Below, one piece after another: positions 52,082 to 64,000 of a stretch of DNA of 64,000 nucleotides (the stretch's first letter is position 1; each line of letters opens with the position of its first letter). A model generated the notes under the pieces. The model ran no database searches. It was not told the origin of the DNA and saw only the letters and a program-made list of their open reading frames with translations. A program made the position numbers and the translations under genes. Source of the stretch: Rotaria socialis (lineage: Eukaryota); the NCBI GenBank assembly GCA_905331295.1, contig CAJNYD010000024.1, forward strand, positions 1 through 64,000. The letters run 5' to 3'.

Positions 52082-52732
52082 CTAAAATTGCTTTTTTAAG
52101 ATACAAAAAATAATTCCATTTAGAATTGACTGTAAAAATGCTGCAGCAAAAGTTCCAAGTAAAATTCCATCAAGTATTCTATTGGAAGATTTACATAAAT
52201 GATCATCAGTCTCATTTTGCATTACACTATCACTACATTTATCGGTTGACATGATTACAATGCCAATTCCAAATACAATTCCTAACAGTACACTTTGCCA
52301 CAAAAAGTAATAAACAAATTTAAAGGAATATATCCCACGATGATAGCTATATAAAATCATAACATTTAGACCAAGTGCAATAAGAAGTGCTCCACCCCAA
52401 AATCCATAATAATAATAGATGATCAAATGTACTGTGATAAGATATATTTCTATGCCAATAGAAGTACAACCGAATACTATTGTAATTATTCCATTCAGAA
52501 ATAAATAAAGGCGCATGTTTCTCGATATTATATTATCGTGATTAACGGACGGATTATTTTGATCATCATAAACATAAGTATCGGTTAACGGTGGTCCTGG
52601 ATAATTGTTAATCGCATTTCCTGATAAAGTTCTATCAACTGCATTTTCATCTATTTTATAAACAACCCAATTATAGGATGGTGGAGGTAATTCATTGTTA
52701 CTGGTGGTCTCGTTATTGATGTCGTTTGCCAT
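52082..52732 (-). CDS. Intronless four-TM protein (MS4A/CD20-like) with N-terminal PPxY
   Basis: 216-aa ORF, LPPPSY, four hydrophobic helices, YGFWGG in TM2, Cys pair in the second outer loop. Confidence 0.75.
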   Translation of the reverse strand: MANDINNETTSNNELPPPSYNWVVYKIDENAVDRTLSGNAINNYPGPPLTDTYVYDDQNNPSVNHDNIISRNMRLYLFLNGIITIVFGCTSIGIEIYLITVHLIIYYYYGFWGGALLIALGLNVMILYSYHRGIYSFKFVYYFLWQSVLLGIVFGIGIVIMSTDKCSDSVMQNETDDHLCKSSNRILDGILLGTFAAAFLQSILNGIIFCILKKQF

Positions 52733-53946
52733 TTTTTTCTACATTGACACTCTAGACTCAATAATATTGTATATGTAATGTGATTTATTTTGTTGATACT
52801 GCTATATATTTTTTTTTCTTCTAAAAGGAAATCGAAAACAAAGGTATAATTTGTATGAAATCAATCATGCATCTTTATAAATAGATGAAATATGAGACTG
52901 GCGTTGTACCGATAAGAAACAAATTAATGTAGGCACCTTTTTATGTACATAAATAATAATGTAATGGCGCTCAAACCCAGAACTATAGATTAAATTATTT
53001 GATTAAATTTATATAATGATTGTTGGACGATATTCGTTGGTGTTGGCGGAAAATAGCGAAAAAAAAAGAAAAGAAAATATCCATATATGAAAGTTTTCTT
53101 TGTCTTTCCTTTGCTATTTTCCTTTTCGCTCTTTTCCACCAAGTTCTATTCGTTAATGAAAAGCTCATTTCTATAATTTATGATTAATCTGGATGGATTG
53201 TGAAAATATGTCAACGAATAGATAATTTCGCGGATAAAAATGGCATGCACACATCTCGCCTATAAAGGGTAGACTTTTAACAACCGCCATATTATATTCA
53301 TTTCTTAGAAATTTTCAAACAGAACGCTCGAATTCGATTTCAGAAACAGAGTCGAAATACTTGAATATTCAGATATATCTGAACTCTTGCTTTCATTCTA
53401 AACAGTTCTCTAACCTACACTAACATAATTACATCAAATCTGCTGATTTATATGAAACAAATAAATTACTAAAGTGGTATCTGAAGATGAGGACAACAAC
53501 AGTTCGTCTCATGTTCATAGCGATATCATAACAAGCATATTTAAACAATACCGTCAAGCTGCACTATTTCTGTAGCAATATGCTAAGAATATAAACTCTT
53601 TCAACGATATTGGATATTTCGTTTGCCAGAACGAATTTGAATAACGACATTATTTTGTTTTCTTGCTGATAACTCATGTGCCGGCGTCACCATATTGATT
53701 TTTACTATTATCAACAACGCATCTTGAAATAGTTCTCACAATGGATACTATTTTACTTTTATCAATTTCTCGTGTCAACAAAGGTGGGCGTATCCACTGA
53801 AATGTATTTAAAAATTTCTTGAAAAGGACCCATGTGCTATTATTTTTGTATGAATATATGCCCCCTGCAGTTAGAGTTAACCTAAAGGTTATACCTGACT
53901 GTATTATGTTGATCTTTTTAGATTTCCACTTGATTAACTATCCACA

Positions 53947-54466
53947 ATGGCCTCATCTTTATTTTCGCTAGTATTCCTTTTTCTCCTCTCAGTATTTCAA
54001 ATGAATGCTACACCTGCACCAGGACCTGACAGTCAAGGACGCAATTTAATTCAATTTGGTAATATGATTGGAAAAATATTAGGTGCATCGGCCCTTAGCT
54101 ATAATGGTTATGGCTGTTGGTAAATAATATCAAGCAAGAAACGTTTAAATGAGAAAATAATGACGTTCTGTTTCCTTTAGGTGTGGATTCGGTGGCAAAG
54201 GTGAACCCGTTGATGGTACAGATGCCTGTTGCAAAGCTCATGATCACTGTTACGACGAAATAATTAATAATCGATCAAGTTTTTTCTCATGTTCACCTTA
54301 TATCAGTGTTTACAGTTGGGATTTAGATCCTATAACTCTTCTTCCATATTGCAAGAATACACCAGGTTCATGCACACATAGCGTTTGTGAATGTGATCGT
54401 ATTGTAACTGAATGTTATAAACAAAATGCTCATACCTTCGATAAATCTTTGAAATGTCCGAAATAA
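53947..54466 (+). CDS. Secreted phospholipase A2 (group I/II/V/X type), 152 aa (absent from the ORF track)
   Basis: Signal and propeptide, then NLIQFGNMI, Ca loop YGCWCGFGG, DACCKAHDHCY catalytic motif, CECD; intron 54120-54180. Confidence 0.95.
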
Positions 54467-55883
54467 AAAATAGAACAACATACTTTCTTTTGATGCGATT
54501 TTTCTCACGATGTTTTGTTTTCCGCAATAGTACACTGTGGCTACAGTCGTAAATATAAAACAAAACATTGATAAATCATGATAAGACCAATCGACTTTTT
54601 TATGATGTTTTTGAAGGGCAAGCAGAAAATAACTGTTAAAATAAGCTTTTTTTATTACTTGATTGTATACGCTGATATGATCTTTTCGATGTGACACACT
54701 AATTTGTTAATTTATAATTAATAATTTTCATTAGTTTCGACCCTCAAGACACAGAATAGCATCATACACATATTGTGTCACGTTTTTTGCTGGCTTTAAT
54801 TTACGCAAACTGATTATCTTAATTATTTAAAGATGGACAAATCTAGGGCAATGAAGGAATATATCCCACCTTTTATTTGATACTTTTTTATTGTCAAATA
54901 TTAAAGCTATTAAATCTTTGACAAAAAGCAAATGACTCATTGTTTTTAAATATTAATCTTCACGAGTAAGGTTCCAGTTTTATGCAGCGAAAATAATAAT
55001 AAGATGACAAAAATTTTAATAATGAACGCTGCTTATTCAAATTAATTATAGCAGCATCATTACTAGGGGTGTAACAGTTCGGTTTTAGATCCGATCTGAA
55101 GATCTGTCTGAACAGTTCAGATCTGATCAGAAGAAATGCCCAAAAAGATCAGAGGAATTTTCTGAACAAATGCATGGATCTGAGATCTATTACGCTCATA
55201 ATCATTATTCTCATGCAGGAATGTTCCAAATGGAAAAATATTTGTTAAAATTTCCTTCATTGCTCTTGGTTTATTAATATATTTGAGCGTAAAGTTTCTT
55301 TTTTCAGAATTGTTTTTAGCTGAGTATAATGAATTTCAAGAAACTACACTTGTCAAATAAATCGTTTAAAAAAATCTCGAATTTTTCATCGTCCAGAAGT
55401 AGTCATTCAAATTGCATTAGAAACATATTTCATGTTCACTTATCAGCAACATTTCATCTCAATACACATGGTTTTTCTTTTCCAATCTCGGAACACTTCT
55501 ATTCCCCGTAATTCACTTAACAAACATGATACAATTGAATAATAAAGTCAATCACGTACTCTAATAAAAATTCTTCATTTTATTATAACTAATATAAAAT
55601 AAAAAAATAAATGGCATTTTTTCATAAAGTATAGCATTCTCAATTGAATAATAATAATAATCATTATGAATTAAATTAAGCAAAGCACACACCGGATTGT
55701 TGTGAAGAGAAGAAAAAAAGAACAATAGAGTTAGAATGAAAAAGAAGCAGAAGAAAAAAAATTTTCATTTCATTGAATCATCCCAATAGTAAAAGCCAAC
55801 TAGAAAGAAAACAAGAACTTCTGTTAAGTTAAGAAGAGAATATTATCTGGCAAGATAAAAATAAAAATAAATGAATATATTTT

Positions 55884-56614
55884 TTAAGGGAGATTAAAAC
55901 GACTTAAGATTGGCGGAACATATCTTCCTGTTCGCAATGCATTCAATCTTGATGAGGGATATGGCTCATGTATCGACTCATAAGGCTTAAATGCTGTTGA
56001 AGTAAAACGACTTGGTTCATGTTGATCTTGTAAAAATGATGAACTATTATAAGTACTTGAGGTGTTTGTTAAAGAATTCAATGGGCGATATGCGTTAGTA
56101 TTATTATTATTATTATTTGAATAACTCGAAGAAATTCTTGAGTTTTGATTCGGTACTGAGTTTGCAATTGAACGACTAAAAAACGAATTTGGCCTTGATG
56201 ACAATGACGATGATGTTGTTCTATTTGTCACTTGAATAGGAATTGTAGTTGTTTGTCGGCGAGGACTCATTGATCCTCCTCCTATTGATAAATAAATATC
56301 AGGCACCGAACCAAACGATGTTTCAACAAATGAAACCGAAGTAGAGCCAAATAGAGATTTTTCAAAAGCAACTAACTAAAATAATTATATTGCATATGTG
56401 AGTAGTTTTATTCTTTATGAAATATTTTCCTTACTTGTTTAATAAAACCAAAATTAGGTCCAATGATTGGTCGACGTGAACGCAAGTAATAAAAGGCTTC
56501 GCGTAATGACATTTGACGATATTTCATTAGATAGGCTAGAAACAAAAAGAAAATATGTTGATAAGATTTTGAATGCACCGAAGAAAAACAATATTCAGTG
56601 TAGATAAATTTTTC

Positions 56615-56648
<34 letters not shown>

Positions 56649-57094
56649 ACAATTCTAAAATGTTAACTGAAATATAAAACACTTCTCTCACTGCGATACG
56701 GAGTTGACAAGACACGTAAATGATAGAAAGACCTGCCGCGTTGAAACAGAATTTCTTCTTTAGAGTCTTTTTTTAATAACAAAATCATTTAAAACTAACC
56801 TAAAATAATCGATGCAGATCTTGATCGTCCAACATAACAATGAACAAGCGTCTTTTTTCCTTGTCGTAAATGTTGATCTATACGATCTGCTAACCGATCA
56901 AAGTAAGGTTGTATTGACGTTGTTGGTAAATCTGATATGCTAACTTTTTCATATTCAACTGATGGGCCAAGATCTTGTATTGGGCATTCTGATGATATGT
57001 TAATAACCGAGCGTATACCTTTATTATATATCGTCGCGGATGATTCGAGACCAGATATGTATAAATTATCGACAACTTCTGTAATACCTAACAT
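55884..57094 (-). CDS. Atypical dual-specificity phosphatase (copy B)
   Basis: ITEVVDNLYISG, VHCYVGRSRS, AYLMKY...RRPIIGPNFGF, low-complexity tail. Confidence 0.9.
56616..56647. repeat. Poly-T homopolymer (32 nt) in a DUSP intron
   Basis: Directly visible. Confidence 0.9.
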
Positions 57095-57354
57095 AATGAT
57101 TAATTTTTTGTAACAATACAACCTTCTAGAACAAATAAAAGCAAACATGAATTGTTATTTTATTTTGGTGCACACCGAGAAGAATAATATTTGGTTTATC
57201 AACAAGATCACATAAGAAGAAGAAGACCAAAAAAAAAGACTGGAAGTCACGCATCTGACGTTCGAAAACAAATTAAAAAAAAAGAATACAAATGCGTATC
57301 ACATTCAATGAAGCATGCAATCATTCAAATATTAAAACACAACGGGCATTCGAT

Positions 57355-60300
57355 TTAAGGAACAATTGGTTTAAAAAAACTTGAGCGATAGGTTGTTTCA
57401 AAATTTAAGCGTTGATCTTCACTATTTATTGTTGTTGCTGCTGTATTCACAGTCACAGTGGTTGGATGGTGGCGTCTATGATTTACTGGTCGTTGTTTTG
57501 CATTCGGTGAACCATTTCCACTTCGATTACTAGCAAATGATGTTGATGATGTACTTGGTCCAGATGGATTTCCATGATTATGTGATCCACCATTAGAAAG
57601 TGAACGATTGACACCAAATCGTGGTGGATTTAGGAATGTTTGTTTATTGTGTGTAAATATGGGTGATTGATAAACTGAATTGTTAATATATGTTGAAGCA
57701 GTAGCCATTGCTGTTCGACCATTTGGATTTACTGCTAAAGACCGTGATCGTGCAAGACCAGATGGATTGTTGACGGATGTTTCTCGAGCAGTTGGCCGAG
57801 TTTGATTAGTAACTGCATCACTGATGGCACTACTGCTAGTCGTAGAATTATTACTACTAGAACTGAAAGATGACATAGGTGATTGCATCGATGAAAATTG
57901 TTGTTGAGCACGAAATTGTTTGATCTCTTCATACGCAACATCGGGCACATTTCCAAATTGAGTTTGTATCACTAAATAGCCAACGAAGTAAATTCGAAAT
58001 TTGGATATGCACAATTTTGATAAAGTCAAACGACGTTTTTTTTCTTGGGGAACTCAAATTTAAAATAGTCACAACGTTGCACTATGAAGAAAGCGTCATA
58101 GATCTATAGTATTAGTATTCGTTCCCCCGTCGTATGCGTAGTGAGAGAAAAAAAATGTGTTCATGAATCGAATCTTTCAATTCTAAAAGAAGCAAATAGT
58201 AGATGTAGGATTGATATAATCTGCTTTTGTCCTTAGAGAAAGTACGATCTTACTGAGGATGCTATCGCACGAAGAACCTCAGACACTAGTTTGACGTGAC
58301 TTCTCTCAAGTTAGTACACCGCACCTATTCATTTAAGTAAGTTGAAACTAAAGCTTTGATCGTGAAAACAACATTTCGACAGTACTGAAAAATAACATGT
58401 TTTCAGGGTGTTGCGCGACCTCTACACAATCGTGACAATCAAAAAACCATCGTGCTCAACTTTGCGGAAATAAGTATCTCATTAAAAAACAGTTTAATTT
58501 AATAGCGCTCTATTTTTTATTTCTGCTTCGCTTATTCTGAAGTTTTTCTTCTTCTAAATACATCCTGTCAATTCATAAAATGCTCAACTGTTCTATGATA
58601 TAATGGTATCAATCTATACCTCGATGATTGACTGATTTATATTGTACCTGTTTTTTTTCTTGTTAAAAGGTTGAGAGAAAAATATTCTCATTTCTATTCC
58701 GAAATTTGAAACATCCAGTTGTGTTCTGATTCTTAAAAGTTAATACAATCTTACGCAAAATTTATTTCTAACAGCAGAAATAACAGACAAAAATCTTTGA
58801 AAGAAACTGCTAAATCTATTTTCTATGTATTGACTCTATGTTATCTCTTATCTATATGTAATGATGAGACAGTCATATAATAAGGTTATCATAACTTGTT
58901 GTGTATTCGGCGATCCACCTCCAGTGTTTGCTCAACTTTTTAAACCGATTTTTGTAAACACCATACATACTCCTTTAACTTTTATTATTTGAAAATTTTT
59001 ATATGTAAATAACCTACGGTGTAAAAATCATCCGCACAAAATATTTACTCATTTTTCTGTGACTACAATACATCTGTTTAGAGTCAACAGAGCTCGATTG
59101 TTTGTCTTGTGCATTTATGATTCCTTTCTAAGATAGGATTGAATAAACATCATTGGATTGTTTTAAAATATTAAATGTAAATAATACTCTCGGCATCAAA
59201 ATCTATGGAATTAAAAACAATTTTTCACTCACTAAGTTTTGTATGTGAAAGTTCAAAAATGAATTTTCTACTATTTCGTCATTCTATTTACATTTTGTTT
59301 TGTATTATCAAACACAATCTAAAATGACTTCTGGAGGGTAAGGATACAAATTTGGTCTCCCCCGCAATGCGTGAACGTACACTAATAACATCTTGTTCTC
59401 ATATATATGGTACTTCTTTATTACAATTCTCAATGGCAAAGAAATGTCTCGTAAAGGAATCCCCACTGTGATGATGAAGAGCAACATCATCGTTTTTTGA
59501 TATTTTAATTGAAAAGGCAGCCGACTGACAGCTTTCTAGTCTATTCCGTAAGATAGATTTTTAAGTAGTTTTTGATTAATGTCAACGAGCTATTATTTGG
59601 TTGAAACAAATAGATGAAACTGTTATACCGGACTAAACGTCTATATTATAACAAGATTTTCGTCTTATAGATCAAGTATTTAAGTGTAGTAAATTAATAT
59701 TCTTACTTTTAACACTATTTTCCTTTCTGAGCTGATTTTCATATGTAATAAGTTGACTCCAGAATCCTAAATTTGGAAAGCAAATTGGACGATTTTTTTT
59801 ACACAATAAATATGCCTCTCGTAAGGACATATTCATATAACGCATTAAATACGCACAAACAATTGTGGCACCTAAAATCAAATAGGAACTATAGAGAAAC
59901 AAAAAAGGTATTAAATCAATTTCGAATTACTTCGACTAATGCCAGCCATACAATGAACAAGTACTTTATTTTGTTTATTAGCAGTAAGATGAGCATGAAT
60001 TTTATCAGTTAATGAAGGAAAATAACTACTTATTGGTGCTGTTGGAAAATCAATTATATCGAATTTTTCTAATTTAATATTTTTCGGATAGCCAATAGGA
60101 GCTGATTCAACTGCAACATTCTTTTTTATTCGTACGAATAAATTAATAAAATAAATTGTGAAATACATTTATAGGGACTCACCAAAATATATGATATTCC
60201 CAATTTTTGTACGTGCTCAATTGTTGCTGCCATTTGGCCTAGAAAATAAATTTCAAAATATAAAAAAAAAAGTCAATCGAACACAATCAACTAGTAAACC

Positions 60301-60417
60301 CGAAAGAAAAATATTTGGTGTTATTTCTGATATTGACATTAAAAGTGTCATCCGATTAAAATTGGCCATTGACGCTGAATTCATGGAAGTTACTGCCGGT
60401 AATACTTTTCTATTCAT
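57355..60417 (-). CDS. Atypical dual-specificity phosphatase (copy A, DUSP14/18/21-like)
   Basis: ISEITPNIFLSG, VHCMAGISRS, AYLMRY, RPICFPNLGFWSQL; 5 exons with a ~1.7 kb last intron. Confidence 0.9.
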
Positions 60418-63400
60418 TTGAGATTGGAATAACTACAAATAATTTGAATGTTGCATGACGAAAGAGAAATAATGACTATGTCAATTTCTAAAAGTATAAA
60501 TAAATCTTTGAAAAACATCGAGAGGATTATGAAGAAAAAATCTGCTCTTTACAAAACAACACAACTCGATTTCGCGTTATTTGGCAAACTCTTGACAGAA
60601 TCACGTGTCCTAGTAACAAGTAGCGAATTAAAAAACAATATCTATTCAAGAAAATCAGTCGATGAAATAAGAAATTTTTATCTGTGCCGAAATTCCACTG
60701 CTTCATATTGACAGATCATGCTGCTAATTAATTAAAAAACAAGGCTTACTCGCATAAATATATTATTCGTTGGTTTTCATCCAATAAAATTCTTTGGTTT
60801 TCTGACAAAATGAATCACATTTTTTTGCGTTATTTTCTTTTCTGTTGTTATACAACTGATCTGTATGTCAAGTGTAGATGCGATTTTATTAGTTTTTTTT
60901 CTCTTTTACTTCAAATTTCCATAATCCACTTATAAAACTAAGCATAAATTTTACAAAAAAAAACAATATAATTGACTTATGTAATTTCATTTATCATGAA
61001 TTTAACCCATCACAATTTATCCGAATTCCTTTTTCTTTTCTTCGCTTCTGCTTGTTCTGAGCACTCGCTCAATGAATTGAATAATATGAATCTGTAAGAG
61101 AAAATTGAACCTCGATAGGATTTCTTTTGATTGGTATATCATATATCGTAAATAATTTTTTTCTTTTAAAACTAAGTACACATCGATTTATTAAGATTAA
61201 ATAATCACCATTTTTTTCCTTTGATGCATTGTTGAATGCTTTTGTTGTAGATGATGATCATTTATTTCTTCTTCTTCTATTTTATTTTCATTTATATATA
61301 TATATGTATGCATATTTACATATGAATGCCATTCGATATTCAGTCAATAGGCATCTCAATGACATTTTCATGTTCGTACCGAAGAATTTAACCATTCACT
61401 TTCTGTCTATAAATTCCGCCTTCTGATACAGATGATGAAGAAGAAGAATTTGTTCAGCTCGATATGTGTTGCTCGAGGTTGATCACTTCTATGTTGTTTT
61501 GTTGGTCGACTTCTTATTTTAATCAAGCGAATGATAATCGCTTTTGGTCTACATTGTTTGTTGAAACAATAATATTGCCTTGATCAACGAGCACCCTCAT
61601 GTACGCTTACGCAAGCAGCCTGTGATGTATGTGACCTTTTTGTCTCTTGCTGTCGTGTTGTTAATGTTGAACATGCCCGAATGAGAATAAGAATATAGCA
61701 TGAAAACGATTTTATATAAATAACGCCAACGAAACGAAGAAAATTAACAATAAGTAAATGTGATTTTTTCATTATCTATTTTCCTTTTTATTTCTTTTTT
61801 TGTTCTCAGCCGTAATATCGGGTACATATCATTGATTAATAATGCCATTATTACTGTCCAAAACAGTTTAGCCTTGGATAATGCTCCATGAATTGCCATA
61901 AGTACTTCCAAACAACGTAGTGATGTTATCCTTTTGTCTTGATGCTAATCGCCCACAAGTCATATAGAAAAGAATTATTGCTGATTCTGATTGACTATAA
62001 CAATGTTTGATTGAGATATTTGTACGTAAATCTTGATTCATATTATATCTATTAGGATGGCTATTGTTGATACAAATTTCTCTTTTTCTCGCCTCACTAT
62101 TCTTTATCAATATTGCTGCTTTTCGAAGGTTCTATTCATACATTCTTGAGACGACAAAATGTAAATGTAAACAGTGCGGTAGCTCTTTTTTGTTGATTTT
62201 ACATCAGGCTAACTGAGCCGTCCTTTTTTTGTCAAATCTCTACCATTACCGTCATTCTTTCATCATCCTCACCATCATCATCAGTTACTACATCAACAGA
62301 GAATAAGAGCATTATAACTCGGTCAGGATGCACTATTCTGTCCCTCTCTCTCTCTCTTGTTGAATGAATTCAGCTTGTGTGCACACGTACATATTCACGA
62401 AGAAAGGAGAAGAAGAAAAAAAACGGTGAACCGTGTGCATGCATACATAGTGTATGGCAGTAGGCTCTATATTGTCCCCTTAAACATTCATTTTTTGTGT
62501 GAATTCTTTACTGCTCAACTGAACATCGCCGACAATCGTGTGTTTGACATAGATTTATATAGAGAGAATAGAGTGAGACAGATGAAATCGATTCGTGATC
62601 GAAAGATGAGACAACAGATGTGATGATGATGATGACTGTATAAAAAGTAAAAGTGTGTGCATACAAATTTGAATTAATGTATGTCTCGTGAATAGACAAA
62701 AAGAGACAGGTAAAGATAATATGAGAAAATGAGATACTATAAAAAGAAAGACAGACAAGTGATGTTAATTGTCTTACCTACTAGTAAGTTATTTTCATTT
62801 TCGTTTACGAACAAAAGAAAATTGGTTTTTCGTATTTCTAAATGAAGGGTTTTTTATTCTTCATCAAAGAGATAGCCAAAACAGATTCTGCATTGTTTTA
62901 TAAACGATTGATTTCTTTCCACAGAGTACAATGTGTATTCTCATTTGTATTGATTAGACAGGTTTTTTATTAAAAACATGCGTGCGCACAGCTGGTCTGT
63001 GCCTCATTTTGGAATGCTAAGGAAAAAATAATCATAGTCAAATAAGTATGCGCCAGTCTTCTTTATATTTCTTTTTTTTTGTTCATGCCTCTCGTTAGCC
63101 TTCGATGTTTTCTTTCGTTCATTTTACTTATTTCTTCTTTTTTTTTAGATGAATAAGTTCTGAAGACTATTTATATGCAGTATTACTCGCTGAGAAGGAC
63201 ATAATATAAAAAAATCTAACAATTAATGATGACTTGAACATCATTTGATTGGTATGTACATATTCGAAATAGGCTTGTCAACTGAAATTTCTCATTGTCA
63301 ACACTTCTAATAATATTATTTTATCATTATAGAAGTAATTTAAAAGGAATACTTTCATGAAAATAATATGGTGATTTTTAATAAGATCACTCTTTACTCA

Positions 63401-64000
63401 ATTATTCTATTAATTATTTGTACATATACACAACACCTTTCATCATAATTTTCTACGCCGATTTATTATACGTAGATATACACTATGGATATCTGTACCA
63501 AAGCGATTGTGTCCTGTTTTCTTTCTCTTCTGTGTGTTCGTCACAGTATGCACGTATTAGATAAAGTAATACAGTATGATAGCGAACGAACGAACCGAGC
63601 GCGAGTGGTTGATGCCATTATTTAGGCGATGCTAGAGACGACGAGTGCCCTCGTCTCAATACAAAAATGAGGGATAAGGAAGGGGTTACATAAAAAATGC
63701 GTGCACACACACACACACACACGTACATAAATAGAAGAGGAAGAAAAAGAACGAGTGCCGCCACTACTGAGAAATAGAAAAACAAATTCTACTACAATTC
63801 CAACCGCCCTTCTTTCTCATTTACCAGAGACAAACATCGTTTTCGATCTTTTTTTCTTTCTCTGTTTTTTTCTGTGCCACCCTCGCATTATTAACATTGT
63901 TCTTTGATTTTTCTTTCTCTTCTGTTCTAGCGTATGTACAAAAACGTGCAAGTCAATCATTATAACAACGCTACTAGTACAACGACTTCTTCTTCCTCTC

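Noticed and set aside
55064..55190. TAGGGGTGTAAC hAT-like end with agatc repeats
   Set aside because: No matching right TIR or TSD found

Overview
AT-rich eukaryotic genomic DNA with compact genes and many ~50-65 bp GT-AG introns. The intron size, gene set and MITE families suggest a bdelloid rotifer; this is an inference, not proven. Genes: a divergent Shaw/Kv3-type K+ channel, a FAM110-like gene, a putative secreted prepropeptide, a single-pass PSAP/PPxY membrane protein, a class A peptide GPCR, TMX1, an SLC5 symporter, AK2-like adenylate kinase, an intronless CgeB-like glycosyltransferase (HGT candidate), ARNT/tango, an hnRNP A/B/D-like gene, a LIM-less PDZ-ZM protein, a KIF28-like kinesin-3, an MS4A-like tetraspan, a secreted PLA2 and two tandem DUSPs. 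Non-autonomous DNA transposons (MULE, hAT, Tc1/mariner, CCC-ended CMC-like) are common and partly nested, and there is one tRNA-Glu-derived sequence. No unequivocal new multi-gene system is visible. The best leads are the channel with an altered selectivity filter, the cryptic prepropeptide near an orphan GPCR, the foreign-looking glycosyltransferase, a candidate intronic H/ACA RNA and a long co-directional gene run with possible trans-splice acceptors. All gene models were spliced by eye.
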